Assembly (NCBI GenBank): GCA_964369505.1
Contig: CAYJGS010000001.1
Span: forward strand, 1,605-58,384
DNA: 56,780 bases
Origin: an uncultured Desulfovibrionaceae bacterium
GTDB lineage: Bacteria; Desulfobacterota; Desulfovibrionia; Desulfovibrionales; Desulfovibrionaceae
Reading direction: 5' to 3'
The stretch's first letter is position 1. The number at the start of each line of letters is the position of its first letter. A program made the translations under genes and the position numbers. Shown in pieces: positions 43,743-53,128 of this stretch. Under the pieces are notes generated by a model that searched no databases, was not told the DNA's origin, and saw only the letters and a list, made by a program, of their open reading frames with translations.

Positions 43743-43894
43743 CAGTTTGATGACAAACCCCACTTCGTGGGTTTGCGCCACTTAAGACAGTAAAACTGTC
43801 TTGGTGGAAAGGCACGAAAATCAATCGCTTAACGGCGCAAATAAATTGCGCCTACTCTTGATTTATCGATCGTGCTGACGAAAGTCAGCACTCT
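43743..43894 (+). repeat. Multi-hairpin intergenic repeat element, copy C (subtype 1, full length)
   Basis: It is a 152-nt unit. Hairpins are cccacttcgtggg, ccacttaagacag-taaaa-ctgtcttggtgg and gtgctgac-gaaa-gtcagcac. The outer helix aaaatcaa/ttgattt encloses ggcgcaa-ataaa-ttgcgcc. It is near-identical to the reverse complement of copy A. Confidence 0.85.
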
Positions 43895-43946
43895 GGCTGC
43901 TCAAACATGAGCAAACTGTGCTGAAACTGCCTGATAGGACACGTAT

Positions 43947-44528
43947 ATGAGCGTAAAAGAAATTAAAGAAAATTTAAGTCGAGCCAAAAGCTATGCGCAG
44001 CGTCAAGATACAGAAAGAGCCGTTGGCGCACTCATCACAGCCTTGCGTCACCTTGGCACCAAGCCCTTAGCTTCGGATTTGCGCCCCGTCATGCGCGAAG
44101 CTGTTCAAGCTCTTGGGCGCAATGCCACCGTCAAAGAAATTTGGCCACATCCCATCAATTACCAGCCGGGGCAAGAAGCGCAGCTGTTAGCCCCTTTTGC
44201 ACAAATATATAAAACCTTGCGCCAAGAAGTAGAAGAAGGCCGCGACGTTGCCAAAGCCCGAAAATTGCGTATAGACCAAACATTGAATGCCGGTATTAAA
44301 CTCTTGCAACTAAACCGGGTGTCCGAAGCAGATGCCTGTTTTGCTGAAGCCGTAAAAAATTACAAAGACGAGCACGCTCTTTTTGGCATGATTGGCAAAG
44401 CACTTATGGAAGTTAACGAATTTCGCCGTGCGTATCCTTATCTTAAGCGCGGAGTAGAAGTTGCACCCCAAAATGCCAATGTGCAAAATTTGTATAAACA
44501 ATGTTGCGAATTACGCGCTAAAAGCTAA
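43947..44528 (+). CDS. Hypothetical helical (TPR-like) protein
   Basis: The ORF is 193 aa and alpha-helical. A TPR-like C-terminal part is FAEAVKNYKDEHALFGMIGKALMEVNEFRRAYPYLKRGVEVAP. A terminator follows it. Confidence 0.6.
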   Translation: MSVKEIKENLSRAKSYAQRQDTERAVGALITALRHLGTKPLASDLRPVMREAVQALGRNATVKEIWPHPINYQPGQEAQLLAPFAQIYKTLRQEVEEGRDVAKARKLRIDQTLNAGIKLLQLNRVSEADACFAEAVKNYKDEHALFGMIGKALMEVNEFRRAYPYLKRGVEVAPQNANVQNLYKQCCELRAKS

Positions 44529-44551
44529 ACACAACAAAAATCATACACGAA

Positions 44552-44598
44552 ACAAGGCCCTTAAGCATATATGATATACTTGAGGGTCTTGTTTTTTT
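44552..44598 (+). terminator. Rho-independent terminator
   Basis: The stem is acaaggccct/agggtcttgt (one G:U pair), with an internally paired loop. It is followed by T7. Confidence 0.6.
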
Positions 44599-44749
44599 AT
44601 GCGTAAAAGTGCCAAAGGTGCCGTAAAAAGCTTGCTTTTTTACAGAAAAGTTCTAGACTTTCTCTTAACACCTATGGGCAAAATATTTCGCATTTTTTTG
44701 AGACGCACACGTCAAAAAAGGCAATGCAAATCTTTTTGAGGAGGGATTT

Positions 44750-46078
44750 ATGGGCGCAAGCACAATTAGATACATTCACGCAGCCGATTTACACCTTGAC
44801 GCGGCTTTCATAGGCATAAGCCGTGAAGCCTATACAGAAAATTTAGGGCAAGAGCTGCACAAAGCGACATTTGTGGCTTTGGAACGTCTTGTGGCTTTGT
44901 GTCTGCAAGAAAAGCCCCATTTTCTTGTATTGGCTGGTGATATATATAATGTGAAAGATCAAAGCCTTAAAGCTCAACTTGCTCTGCGCGATGCTTGTCT
45001 TACCTTGGCAAAACACAACATTAATGTGTATATTGTCCATGGCAATCATGATCCCTTATCCTCGCGCTTACAAATGCTGCACTGGCCAGAAAATGTGTAT
45101 ACTTTTGGCCAAGATATAGAAAGCCATGTGGTAAAATTTCAAGAAAAGCCCATTGCTGTTGTGCACGGCATAAGCCATACCAATGAATATGAAGGCCGTA
45201 ATTTAGCCAAAGATTTTGCACGGCGCAATGAACCGGAATATAAGAATATTTTCCAGCTTGGCCTTTTGCATTGCACCCTTGATACAGCCCAACATGTCGA
45301 CCGCTATGCCCCCTGTACCCTTGATGATTTGCAAAAAACCGGATTAGACGCTTGGGCACTTGGGCATGTACATGAAAAAAAGATTATCCAAAAGAATCCC
45401 TTGGTGGCCTATGCCGGCAATACTCAAGGCTTGCATATCAACGAAGAAGGTCCCAGAGGTTGCTATCTTGTAACAGCAAAAGCCAAACAAGACGGCGGTT
45501 TTCATACGGAAGCACAATTCCACGCCCTGGGGCCTGTGGTTTGGGAAAAATGCCTTGTTGACCTTGAAGAAGTGCAGCAGTTTGATACAGCTGCACAGCT
45601 TATTTTAGACCATATAGACTTGTGCAAAGCGCAATTACCCATTTCTTGCTCCGGACTTATTGTGCGTATTATTTTAACGGGGCGCACAAACCTTGATGGA
45701 CCTTTGCGTAATATTCAAGAACGCGCCGATCTTTTGCAGCACTTGCGAGCCCAATTGGCCGAAGGCTCCGCGCGCTCTGTTTCAAGCATTACTCAAGACC
45801 CACAAGTCAGCATTAAAGATATTCAAGTGGAAACCAGCCCCTTGCTCGATTTTGAAACCTTACGTAAACAAGATGATTTATTGGGTGAAACTTTGCGTTA
45901 TTCACAAAAACTTTTGGAAAATGAGCAAGACGCGGCCGCTTTTGTGCAAAATATTTTAGCGCCTTTGTATGCGCATCCCAAAGCAAGGCACATTTTGGTA
46001 AATCCTCATAGCGAAGAAATACAAAACCTTCTGCAAGAAGCAGAGCGCCTTTGCGCAGACAGCATGGAGAATCGCTAA
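44750..46078 (+). CDS. SbcD/YhaO-like metallophosphoesterase (DNA repair exonuclease family)
   Basis: The ORF is 442 aa with a GAGGAGGG RBS. The motifs are AADLHLD, AGDIYN, HGNHD and GHVH. Its stop overlaps the start of the next gene (TAATG). Confidence 0.8.
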   Translation: MGASTIRYIHAADLHLDAAFIGISREAYTENLGQELHKATFVALERLVALCLQEKPHFLVLAGDIYNVKDQSLKAQLALRDACLTLAKHNINVYIVHGNHDPLSSRLQMLHWPENVYTFGQDIESHVVKFQEKPIAVVHGISHTNEYEGRNLAKDFARRNEPEYKNIFQLGLLHCTLDTAQHVDRYAPCTLDDLQKTGLDAWALGHVHEKKIIQKNPLVAYAGNTQGLHINEEGPRGCYLVTAKAKQDGGFHTEAQFHALGPVVWEKCLVDLEEVQQFDTAAQLILDHIDLCKAQLPISCSGLIVRIILTGRTNLDGPLRNIQERADLLQHLRAQLAEGSARSVSSITQDPQVSIKDIQVETSPLLDFETLRKQDDLLGETLRYSQKLLENEQDAAAFVQNILAPLYAHPKARHILVNPHSEEIQNLLQEAERLCADSMENR

Positions 46079-49000
46079 TGCATATCCAATCTTTTCATAT
46101 TGACGCTTTTGGCAAATTGTCTGATGTGGGTATTGAAGACTTGCCGCGCGGTTTGGTGGTCTTTCTTGGCAATAATGAGGCCGGCAAATCCACGTGCCTT
46201 GAATTTTTTCGCACCATGCTCACAGGCTATACCGCTTATGTCAAAGATATATATGAGCCCATGCACACCACTGATAATAAGGCCGGTGGCTCCATTGATT
46301 TGCATTCTTCAAGCTATGATTTGGTGCGCCTAACCCGCAGGCCCGGCAAGGGGCAAGGGCTCATGTGGCTTGCCGACCGCCAAGGCGAAGCCTTGGACAC
46401 AAGTTTGCTTGATAAAATATTGGCCGGCGTTACGCGCGATGTATACCGCAATGTGTTTGGCTTTAGCCTTAATGAGCTGCAAGTTCTTGAATCTTTAAGC
46501 AGCGAAGAAGTGCGCCATGCTCTGTACGGCGCAAGCTTTGGCATGCATTTGCGTTCCCCAAGTACTGTACTTAAAGAACTCACCACACAAATGGAAAAGC
46601 GCTTTAAAAGCAGAGGCACCACGCCGCTTTTAAATATTACGCTTAAAGAATGGGAAGAAGTACAAAAGCATTTGCGCCATGTGCAAAACGAATGTGCACA
46701 ATTTGACAGTTTGAGTTTGCAAAAAAAAGAATTGGAAGAAAAAATCTTTGGAATTCGCCAGCAAAAGAGCGATTTTGAACAGCAAAGGCGACAAGCCGAA
46801 CGTCAATTGGGCGTTTGGAAACAATGGGATGAATGGCGAGCCACTGAACAACGCTTGGCACGTCTTGAGCCTGTGGCTGCATCCTTTCCTTCAGAGGGGC
46901 CTTCGCGCCTAGAAAAAGCACAACACATGGCCATGGAGGCCGCAAGGCGCATACAAACACAAGAAGAACGCTGCAAAAAAATTGAAGAAAGCATAAAACA
47001 TGTGCCCATAAACGAAGCTTTGCTCGAGAAAAGACCAAGCCTACAGAGCTTGAGCGAGCGCAAAACTTCTTTCAGGCAAGCTCAAAGCTCTTTAGGGCCT
47101 GTTTCGGCACAAATTGTACGGCATGACACATTATTACAAGAACGTTTGGCCGACCTTGGGCCGGAATGGACTTGCGCGCGTATTCGCAGCATGAACCGCT
47201 CGCTCTTTATCCGCAGTGAACTTGAAAAATGCGCTTCGCATATCCAAGCCACCGAAGGTGCCCACAGTGCCGCCGCCAGTGCTTTGGAAAAAGCCAATAT
47301 TACTACAGAAGAAGCCAAACACGCTGTGGAAATTGCCCGCACAAGCTATGCATCCATACCTGTGCCCATGGCTCTGTTAAATTTAGAAGAGCGTGAAGAT
47401 ATACGCCGCAGTTTGGCGCTCATAGAAAATGCGCAACAAACGCTGCAAGAAAAAGAACACGCTCTGCGCCAAGCAAAGCAAACCCTACGCCGCACTTTAA
47501 ATCCCTTGCATATACGCCATCAAGATATGGAATTTGAACAGGAACAAAAAAACGGGCTTTTGCAAAAATTAGAAGGTCTTATGCAAAGCCGTGAGCAAGG
47601 TTTGCGTTTGGCTAAAGAAGCTCAAGAAGCCCGCAAAGAAACGCAAAACAGTGAAAGGGTTGTGCAACTTGCCCAAGAAGAAGAAGATACTTTGCGCTCT
47701 CGCCTTGACCGCACCCGCAAAAGCAAGGACGAAACTGCCGATGCTTCACGCAAAAGTGTGGACATGCGCACCAGTGCCGTGCGCACTTTGCGCCATTTGT
47801 GCAGCAGCCTTACCCTTGAAGAAGAACGCTTAAAAGAAATGAGCATGCGCCATGCCGAAGCTGTGGCGCCTGAACCTGTAAAAAGCATTTTGCTTATGCT
47901 CATTGGGCTTATTGTTGTGGTTGCCGGACTTGCGGGCTTGCTCATGCCCCTCTATTTTGGCATACACGAAATCCAAATAACCAAGCGATTGGTATTGCCG
48001 CTTACTCAATTTACCAGTTATTTTGTTGTGGTGGCCGGTGCCGCTTTTCTTGCAGGCGGCATGCCACGTTCAGGCCCTGAAAACGAACGCTTTAAAAGAG
48101 AACAAAAAAGTCTTGAAGAGCGCATGGCTACGCAAAAAAACCGTATTTTGGAATTAGAAGGTCGTATCCAAGAGCAATGCGTATTGGCAGAAGTGCCGGA
48201 TGCTGATCCCATTTCCCTTGATGCTGTAGAGCTTGTGCTTGAAGAAGAAAGGCAAAAGTGCAGCACCGACGAAAGACTCAGTGTTGAATTGTTGGAATTG
48301 GAAAAAGAATACACAGATATAACTTCAAAAACTCAAATAAAAAGACATATATTTGGGCAATTACAAAATGCCGAACAGCAAACACTGCATAAATGGCATA
48401 ACCTTTTGCGCGCGCACGGCATAGATACAGTGCCTTCACCCGACGCGGCAGAAGCTTTTTTTGCTAGGGTAGAAGCCGCCATTGTGGCTCAAGAAGCCTT
48501 GCAAAGCTTACAGCTTGAAACAGAACAATTGGAACGCCAAATTAAAGAGCGCATTCGTAAATTAGCAAGCTATGCCCCCATTGCCGCCGGCCTTCATAAA
48601 TATCAAGAAGAGCATCCGGAAATTCTACAATTCGAAGAAAGCTCTACTCAAGAAGCAGAAGCATCTTTAACAGCAACACCTGCTCTAGAGGCAGAACATC
48701 TTATGGAGCTTGAACAAGTTGTAACAGACGAAACGGCGCCACAAGAATGGACAGTACTGCAAGTTATTACGGTTACGCAACGCGTGCTTGACGCATGTCG
48801 TTTGGCCGACGAAGCTGAAGCTGAGCGCGTAAAAGCTCAAACAGCTCTTGATAATGCCGGTTATAGCGAAGATATGGCTTTGCGAGCTCAAGCCGAGGCC
48901 ATGGCCACGCTGCAGCAGTGCGAAAAAACCCTTGCCGAAGCGCGAGAATCTTGGAAAAGCAATTTGCAAGAACTTGGCATAGGTATGGATGTGGAGCCAA

Positions 49001-50235
49001 GCATGCTCAGAGCTGCTCTTGAATGCATGGAAAACTGCTTAAATATTGAAAGTGAAATCCTTAAATTAAAAGAAGAATACGAGCGCTTGGAAAAAGAATG
49101 CCAAGCCCTGATACTTCCGCTGCAAGGTATTTTAGAAGAATTGCAATGGGAACTTCCCACTGAAAGCACAGATGCAGAAGAACATACCGAGCTTGTCGGC
49201 ATTCCCTATCAAGAAGACTGGATAGGCACCCTTGATACCATTTTGCACCATGCCCAAGCGGCAAGAGAAAATAAACAAGCTTATGAACAATACGCAAGTC
49301 AGCTTATCACGTATGAAGAAGAATTGCACGAAGCCCAAAGGCAATTGCAAGATGCCAATGTTATGCAAGCAGAACTTTTGCGCTTAGCCGAAGCTTCAGA
49401 TAGTGAAAACTTTTTACATCTTGCCGCCATACTTAAGCAAAAAGAAGAATTTTTGCAGCGCAAAGCCGACCTTGAAGACGCCTTACGCCTTGCTGCCGGT
49501 CAACAAGAATTTGAAGAATTTCTCACATCTTTCACAGAAACCGATGAACAAGAACGCGAGACATATATTCAAGAAATGGAAAAAAACCTGCAAGCATGCA
49601 GCCTTGAAGAAGAAGAAAGCGTTACCACTTTGGCCGATGTCAATGCCACCTTGCGTACTTTAAGCACCAGCGATCAATTGGCAAAACTTCGCCAAAAAGA
49701 AAAAAACTTACAAGAAAGCTTGCACAATGGCGCCAAAGATTGGGCAAGATATGCTTTGGCAAGACAGCTTATTTTACAAGCCAAACATAATTTTGAATTG
49801 GAAAGACAACCCCAAGTCATACGTATGGCTTCGGAAATATTCCAAAAAATCACGGCGGGACGCTGGAAAAGCATTAGTGCTTCTCTGGAAGAATCAAGCC
49901 TTTATGTGTTACCGCCACACGGTGAACCCGTTTCGCCCGTTATTTTAAGCCGCGGCACCCAAGAACAACTCTATCTTTCTTTGCGCCTTGCCTATATCCG
50001 TAACCATGCAGAACATGCGGCGGCCTTGCCCATTATTATGGACGATGTGCTTGTAAACTTTGACCCCCAAAGGGCAGAGCGCACGGCTCATGCCTTACTA
50101 CACTTGTGTGAAGAACCCCATGCCCATCAGGTGCTCTTTTTCACTTGTCATCCGCATATTGCCGATATGCTGCAAGAAAAAAGCGCGCAAAGTCAGCGTT
50201 ATATTGTGGAAGATGGAAACATTCTGAAGGCTTAA
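46078..50235 (+). CDS. YhaN/SbcC-like AAA/SMC-type ATPase with long coiled coils and a central two-helix membrane hairpin
   Basis: The protein is 1385 aa from the ATG at 46078, with a GGAGA RBS. Walker A is GNNEAGKST. The signature-like motif is SRGTQEQLYLSLRLA and Walker B is LPIIMDDVLVNFD. The hydrophobic segments are ILLMLIGLIVVVAGLAGLLMPLYF and FTSYFVVVAGAAFLAGG. Confidence 0.8.
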   Translation: MHIQSFHIDAFGKLSDVGIEDLPRGLVVFLGNNEAGKSTCLEFFRTMLTGYTAYVKDIYEPMHTTDNKAGGSIDLHSSSYDLVRLTRRPGKGQGLMWLADRQGEALDTSLLDKILAGVTRDVYRNVFGFSLNELQVLESLSSEEVRHALYGASFGMHLRSPSTVLKELTTQMEKRFKSRGTTPLLNITLKEWEEVQKHLRHVQNECAQFDSLSLQKKELEEKIFGIRQQKSDFEQQRRQAERQLGVWKQWDEWRATEQRLARLEPVAASFPSEGPSRLEKAQHMAMEAARRIQTQEERCKKIEESIKHVPINEALLEKRPSLQSLSERKTSFRQAQSSLGPVSAQIVRHDTLLQERLADLGPEWTCARIRSMNRSLFIRSELEKCASHIQATEGAHSAAASALEKANITTEEAKHAVEIARTSYASIPVPMALLNLEEREDIRRSLALIENAQQTLQEKEHALRQAKQTLRRTLNPLHIRHQDMEFEQEQKNGLLQKLEGLMQSREQGLRLAKEAQEARKETQNSERVVQLAQEEEDTLRSRLDRTRKSKDETADASRKSVDMRTSAVRTLRHLCSSLTLEEERLKEMSMRHAEAVAPEPVKSILLMLIGLIVVVAGLAGLLMPLYFGIHEIQITKRLVLPLTQFTSYFVVVAGAAFLAGGMPRSGPENERFKREQKSLEERMATQKNRILELEGRIQEQCVLAEVPDADPISLDAVELVLEEERQKCSTDERLSVELLELEKEYTDITSKTQIKRHIFGQLQNAEQQTLHKWHNLLRAHGIDTVPSPDAAEAFFARVEAAIVAQEALQSLQLETEQLERQIKERIRKLASYAPIAAGLHKYQEEHPEILQFEESSTQEAEASLTATPALEAEHLMELEQVVTDETAPQEWTVLQVITVTQRVLDACRLADEAEAERVKAQTALDNAGYSEDMALRAQAEAMATLQQCEKTLAEARESWKSNLQELGIGMDVEPSMLRAALECMENCLNIESEILKLKEEYERLEKECQALILPLQGILEELQWELPTESTDAEEHTELVGIPYQEDWIGTLDTILHHAQAARENKQAYEQYASQLITYEEELHEAQRQLQDANVMQAELLRLAEASDSENFLHLAAILKQKEEFLQRKADLEDALRLAAGQQEFEEFLTSFTETDEQERETYIQEMEKNLQACSLEEEESVTTLADVNATLRTLSTSDQLAKLRQKEKNLQESLHNGAKDWARYALARQLILQAKHNFELERQPQVIRMASEIFQKITAGRWKSISASLEESSLYVLPPHGEPVSPVILSRGTQEQLYLSLRLAYIRNHAEHAAALPIIMDDVLVNFDPQRAERTAHALLHLCEEPHAHQVLFFTCHPHIADMLQEKSAQSQRYIVEDGNILKA

Positions 50236-50273
50236 ATAGAGTAGTGTATAGACAAAAGAGGAATTTATGTACA

Positions 50274-50307
50274 AAAGCGCCCCTTGTATAATAACAAAGG
50301 GCGCTTT
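50274..50307 (+). terminator. Possible terminator hairpin after the ATPase gene
   Basis: The stem is aaagcgccc/gggcgcttt, with a 16-nt loop. Only a short T-run is present. Confidence 0.35.
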
Positions 50308-50370
50308 AGACGGGAGAGGCCGGCGCACACTATGTGAAAACTCTGCACGATTATTTTTACATAAAATTTA

Positions 50371-50469
50371 CTGTCCAGAGCAAAAGGCACAAAAATCAAT
50401 CATTTAACGGGCAAGCAAAGCTCGCTCTATTCTTGATTTTTGGTCGCATTGACTGTCGTCAACGCTCCG
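50371..50469 (+). repeat. Multi-hairpin intergenic repeat element, copy D (subtype 2, 5'-truncated)
   Basis: The sequence aaggcacaaaaatcaatcatttaacgggcaagcaaagctcgctctattcttgatttttggtcgcattgactgtcgtcaacgctcc matches copy B with a few substitutions. The 5' hairpins are missing. Confidence 0.8.
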
Positions 50470-50601
50470 TGAGACCCTACGCAATGAATTGCGAAGAGGT
50501 CTCCATGTGCGAAAAACCTTTGTGACGGCAAAGGTCTGCCAAACTCCATAGGCTGTACCTAAATACTATATTCGGCAGAAAGCCAAAGAACTTTAGATTT
50601 T

Positions 50602-51576
50602 TTATTTCTTTTTATTGGGTTGCTGTGCTTTTAAATATTCTTTGGCATTTTTATCGCCATTTTTGGCCGCAAGTTTGTACCATTTTTCGGCTTCGGCAAT
50701 ATTGCGCTCCACACCATTGCCTTGTTCATACATATAGCCAAGGCTGAATTGCGCGGCAGCGTCGTTTTGTTCGGCAGCCAAGCGATACCATTTCACCGCA
50801 TCGGCATAATTTTGCGCCACGCCGCGGCCTTCTTCATACATAAAACCTAAATTATATTGTGCGGGTGCATAGCCTTGATTGGCAGATTTTACATAATATT
50901 CCAAAGCGTTTTTGTAATCTTGGGCATAGCCGCGACCTTCTAAGTACATAAAACCAAGGTTATTTTCGGCCATGGCATGCCCTTGTTCTGCCGCTTTTTG
51001 AAACCAATGCACAGCCCTTGTATCACTTTGTTCTGTGCCTTTAGCGTTTAAATACATCCACCCAAGAGAATATTGTGCCTCGGCAAGTCCTTGCTCTGCG
51101 GCCTTGGTATACCAAGTAAGTGCTTCTTTTTCATTTTTTTTCACACCTCGCCCCATGGCGTACATATAACCTAAATTATATTGCGCCACGGCATGTCCCC
51201 CTTCAGAAGCTTTTTTGAACCACTTTATGGCCGAAGGATAATCTTTTTTGGTGCCGCGCCCTGCCGCCAAAGCGCCGCCAAAGCTGTTTTGTGCGCTCAC
51301 ATCTCCGGCTTTGGCCGCTTTTTCATACCAAATGGCGGCATTATATACGTTCTTTTTTACACCTTGGCCCGCTTCGTACAAGCGCCCTACAAAATACATG
51401 GCTTCGGCATTGCCTTCTTTGGCCATGGGTTGCAAAATTTGAAAAGCCTTTGTAAAGTCGTGCTGTTCCAAAGCTTTTTGCGCATCTTCAAGGCTGGCCG
51501 CCCACAAAAAACTTTGCGTCATAAAAATTTGCCCCACCAAAAACATTCCTAAGAGAATTTTTTTCACAGAAATCAT
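50602..51576 (-). CDS. Secreted Sel1-like repeat (SLR/TPR-related) protein
   Basis: The ORF is 324 aa with a signal peptide. It has about 8 tandem ~36-aa repeats of the form A..WY.KAAEQG...AQ..LG.MY..G.GV..N. Confidence 0.85.
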   Translation of the reverse strand: MISVKKILLGMFLVGQIFMTQSFLWAASLEDAQKALEQHDFTKAFQILQPMAKEGNAEAMYFVGRLYEAGQGVKKNVYNAAIWYEKAAKAGDVSAQNSFGGALAAGRGTKKDYPSAIKWFKKASEGGHAVAQYNLGYMYAMGRGVKKNEKEALTWYTKAAEQGLAEAQYSLGWMYLNAKGTEQSDTRAVHWFQKAAEQGHAMAENNLGFMYLEGRGYAQDYKNALEYYVKSANQGYAPAQYNLGFMYEEGRGVAQNYADAVKWYRLAAEQNDAAAQFSLGYMYEQGNGVERNIAEAEKWYKLAAKNGDKNAKEYLKAQQPNKKK

Positions 51577-51736
51577 CCTTTATCTTTAAAATAAGTGCAA
51601 TAATGTTTTTGAAAATCAATGATAATCATTTTTGCATTGTGCTTTTTTATGCCATTTTTTAAACATAACACCTATGCAAAGCCAAGGTGCAAGTTTTATT
51701 TTTACGAACAGTTAAGCCTTTTTATTGTTAACACAA

Positions 51737-53128
51737 TTATTCCAAATCGTATTTTTTCAATTTATTGTGCAATGTGGCTCGCGTAATGCCAAGTCTGCGG
51801 GCAGCTTCGCTTTTATTTGCATCCACCAAGCGCAAGGTTTCTTCTATGTGAAGTCGTTCCAATTCGTCAAGGGAAAGACTTGCCAAAGAAAGCCCTGTAC
51901 CTTCCTGCAAGGCGGAAAAATCGCCCCGTTCTAAAGCCGAATCCAAAGTGGTATTTTCTGACATCATGCTCAAAGGTAATTCACGCTCGGTTATGGTGTC
52001 TTCAATGCACAAAATAACGGCGCGCTCCACGGCATTTTCCAATTCGCGCACATTGCCGGGCCAGGCATAACGCAGCATGGTGTCCATGGCCTGTTGTGAA
52101 AAGCCTTTAATGCTCTTGCGGTTTCTTTGGGTAAAGCGTTCTAAAAAATGCGTGGCAAGCACAGGTATATCTTCTTTACGTTGGCGCAAAGAGGGTACTT
52201 CTATGGTGATGACATTCAAACGAAAATACAAATCTTCGCGAAAATTACGCTCGCGTACTTCTTTAAGTAAATCTCTGTTGGTGGCAGCCATTACGCGCAC
52301 ATCCACCTTTATGGGCGTGTCAGACCCCACGCGTTGTACTTCGCCTTCTTGCAAAGCACGTAAAAGTTTTGCTTGTAAAAGCAAGGGCATTTCGCCTATT
52401 TCATCCAAAAATAATGTACCGCCATGCGCCTGTACAAAGCGCCCTTGGCGTTGTTTATCCGCACCGGTAAAAGCTCCGCGCTCATGCCCAAACAATTCTG
52501 ATTCCAAAAGATTTTCAGATAATGCCGCACAATTCACCGTCACTAAAGGTTTTTCTGCCCTATGGCTACCCTCGTGCAAGGCCTTGGCCACCAATTCTTT
52601 GCCTGTGCCGGATTCGCCGGTAATGAGCACCGTTGCCTCAGAGGCCGCCACCGTAACAATAAGATGGCGCATGTCTTCCATAGATTTACTGCGCCCCAAA
52701 ATTCCGGGCACTTGACTTGCTTCTGAAAGCTGGCGGCGTAATTCTTTATTTTCTACAGATAAACGGCTGTGCTGCAAAGCACGCTCTAAAGTTGCTTTTA
52801 ATACGTCAAAATCCAAAGGTTTTATAAGATAATCATATGCACCCAAGCGCAAAGCCTCTACAGCATTTTCTACAGAAGAAAAGGCCGTCATAAGAATTAC
52901 AGGCAGCACAGGATTATAGTCTAAAATACCGCGTAAGGCATCTATGCCGCTCATGCGTGCCATGCGCACATCGGTGAGCACCACGTCAAAGGGCTGTTCG
53001 CGCACTATGGCAACAGCTTCATCTCCATCACTCACTAATTCTACAGTATATCCCCACGAGCGCAAAAGCGTGCACAGCATGCTGCCGTGCGCGGCATCGT
53101 CATCAACTATTAAAATGGTATGGGTCAT
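51737..53128 (-). CDS. Sigma-54-dependent response regulator (REC, AAA+, Fis-type HTH; NtrC/ZraR/AtoC family)
   Basis: The ORF is 463 aa. It has receiver residues DD...D...K, Walker A GESGTGKE, a GAFTGA loop (ERGAFTGA), and C-terminal AARRLGITRATLHNKLKKY. Confidence 0.9.
   Translation of the reverse strand: MTHTILIVDDDAAHGSMLCTLLRSWGYTVELVSDGDEAVAIVREQPFDVVLTDVRMARMSGIDALRGILDYNPVLPVILMTAFSSVENAVEALRLGAYDYLIKPLDFDVLKATLERALQHSRLSVENKELRRQLSEASQVPGILGRSKSMEDMRHLIVTVAASEATVLITGESGTGKELVAKALHEGSHRAEKPLVTVNCAALSENLLESELFGHERGAFTGADKQRQGRFVQAHGGTLFLDEIGEMPLLLQAKLLRALQEGEVQRVGSDTPIKVDVRVMAATNRDLLKEVRERNFREDLYFRLNVITIEVPSLRQRKEDIPVLATHFLERFTQRNRKSIKGFSQQAMDTMLRYAWPGNVRELENAVERAVILCIEDTITERELPLSMMSENTTLDSALERGDFSALQEGTGLSLASLSLDELERLHIEETLRLVDANKSEAARRLGITRATLHNKLKKYDLE

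Noticed and set aside
44750-50235. SbcD/YhaN-like pair as an anti-phage defence system (Lamassu/Wadjet/Gabija-like)
   Set aside because: The gene content does not match those systems. There is no kleisin/JetABD, no LmuA-type effector and no GajB helicase. The flanks are housekeeping-type genes. The architecture fits the widespread YhaO/YhaN pair, so a defence role would be pure speculation.
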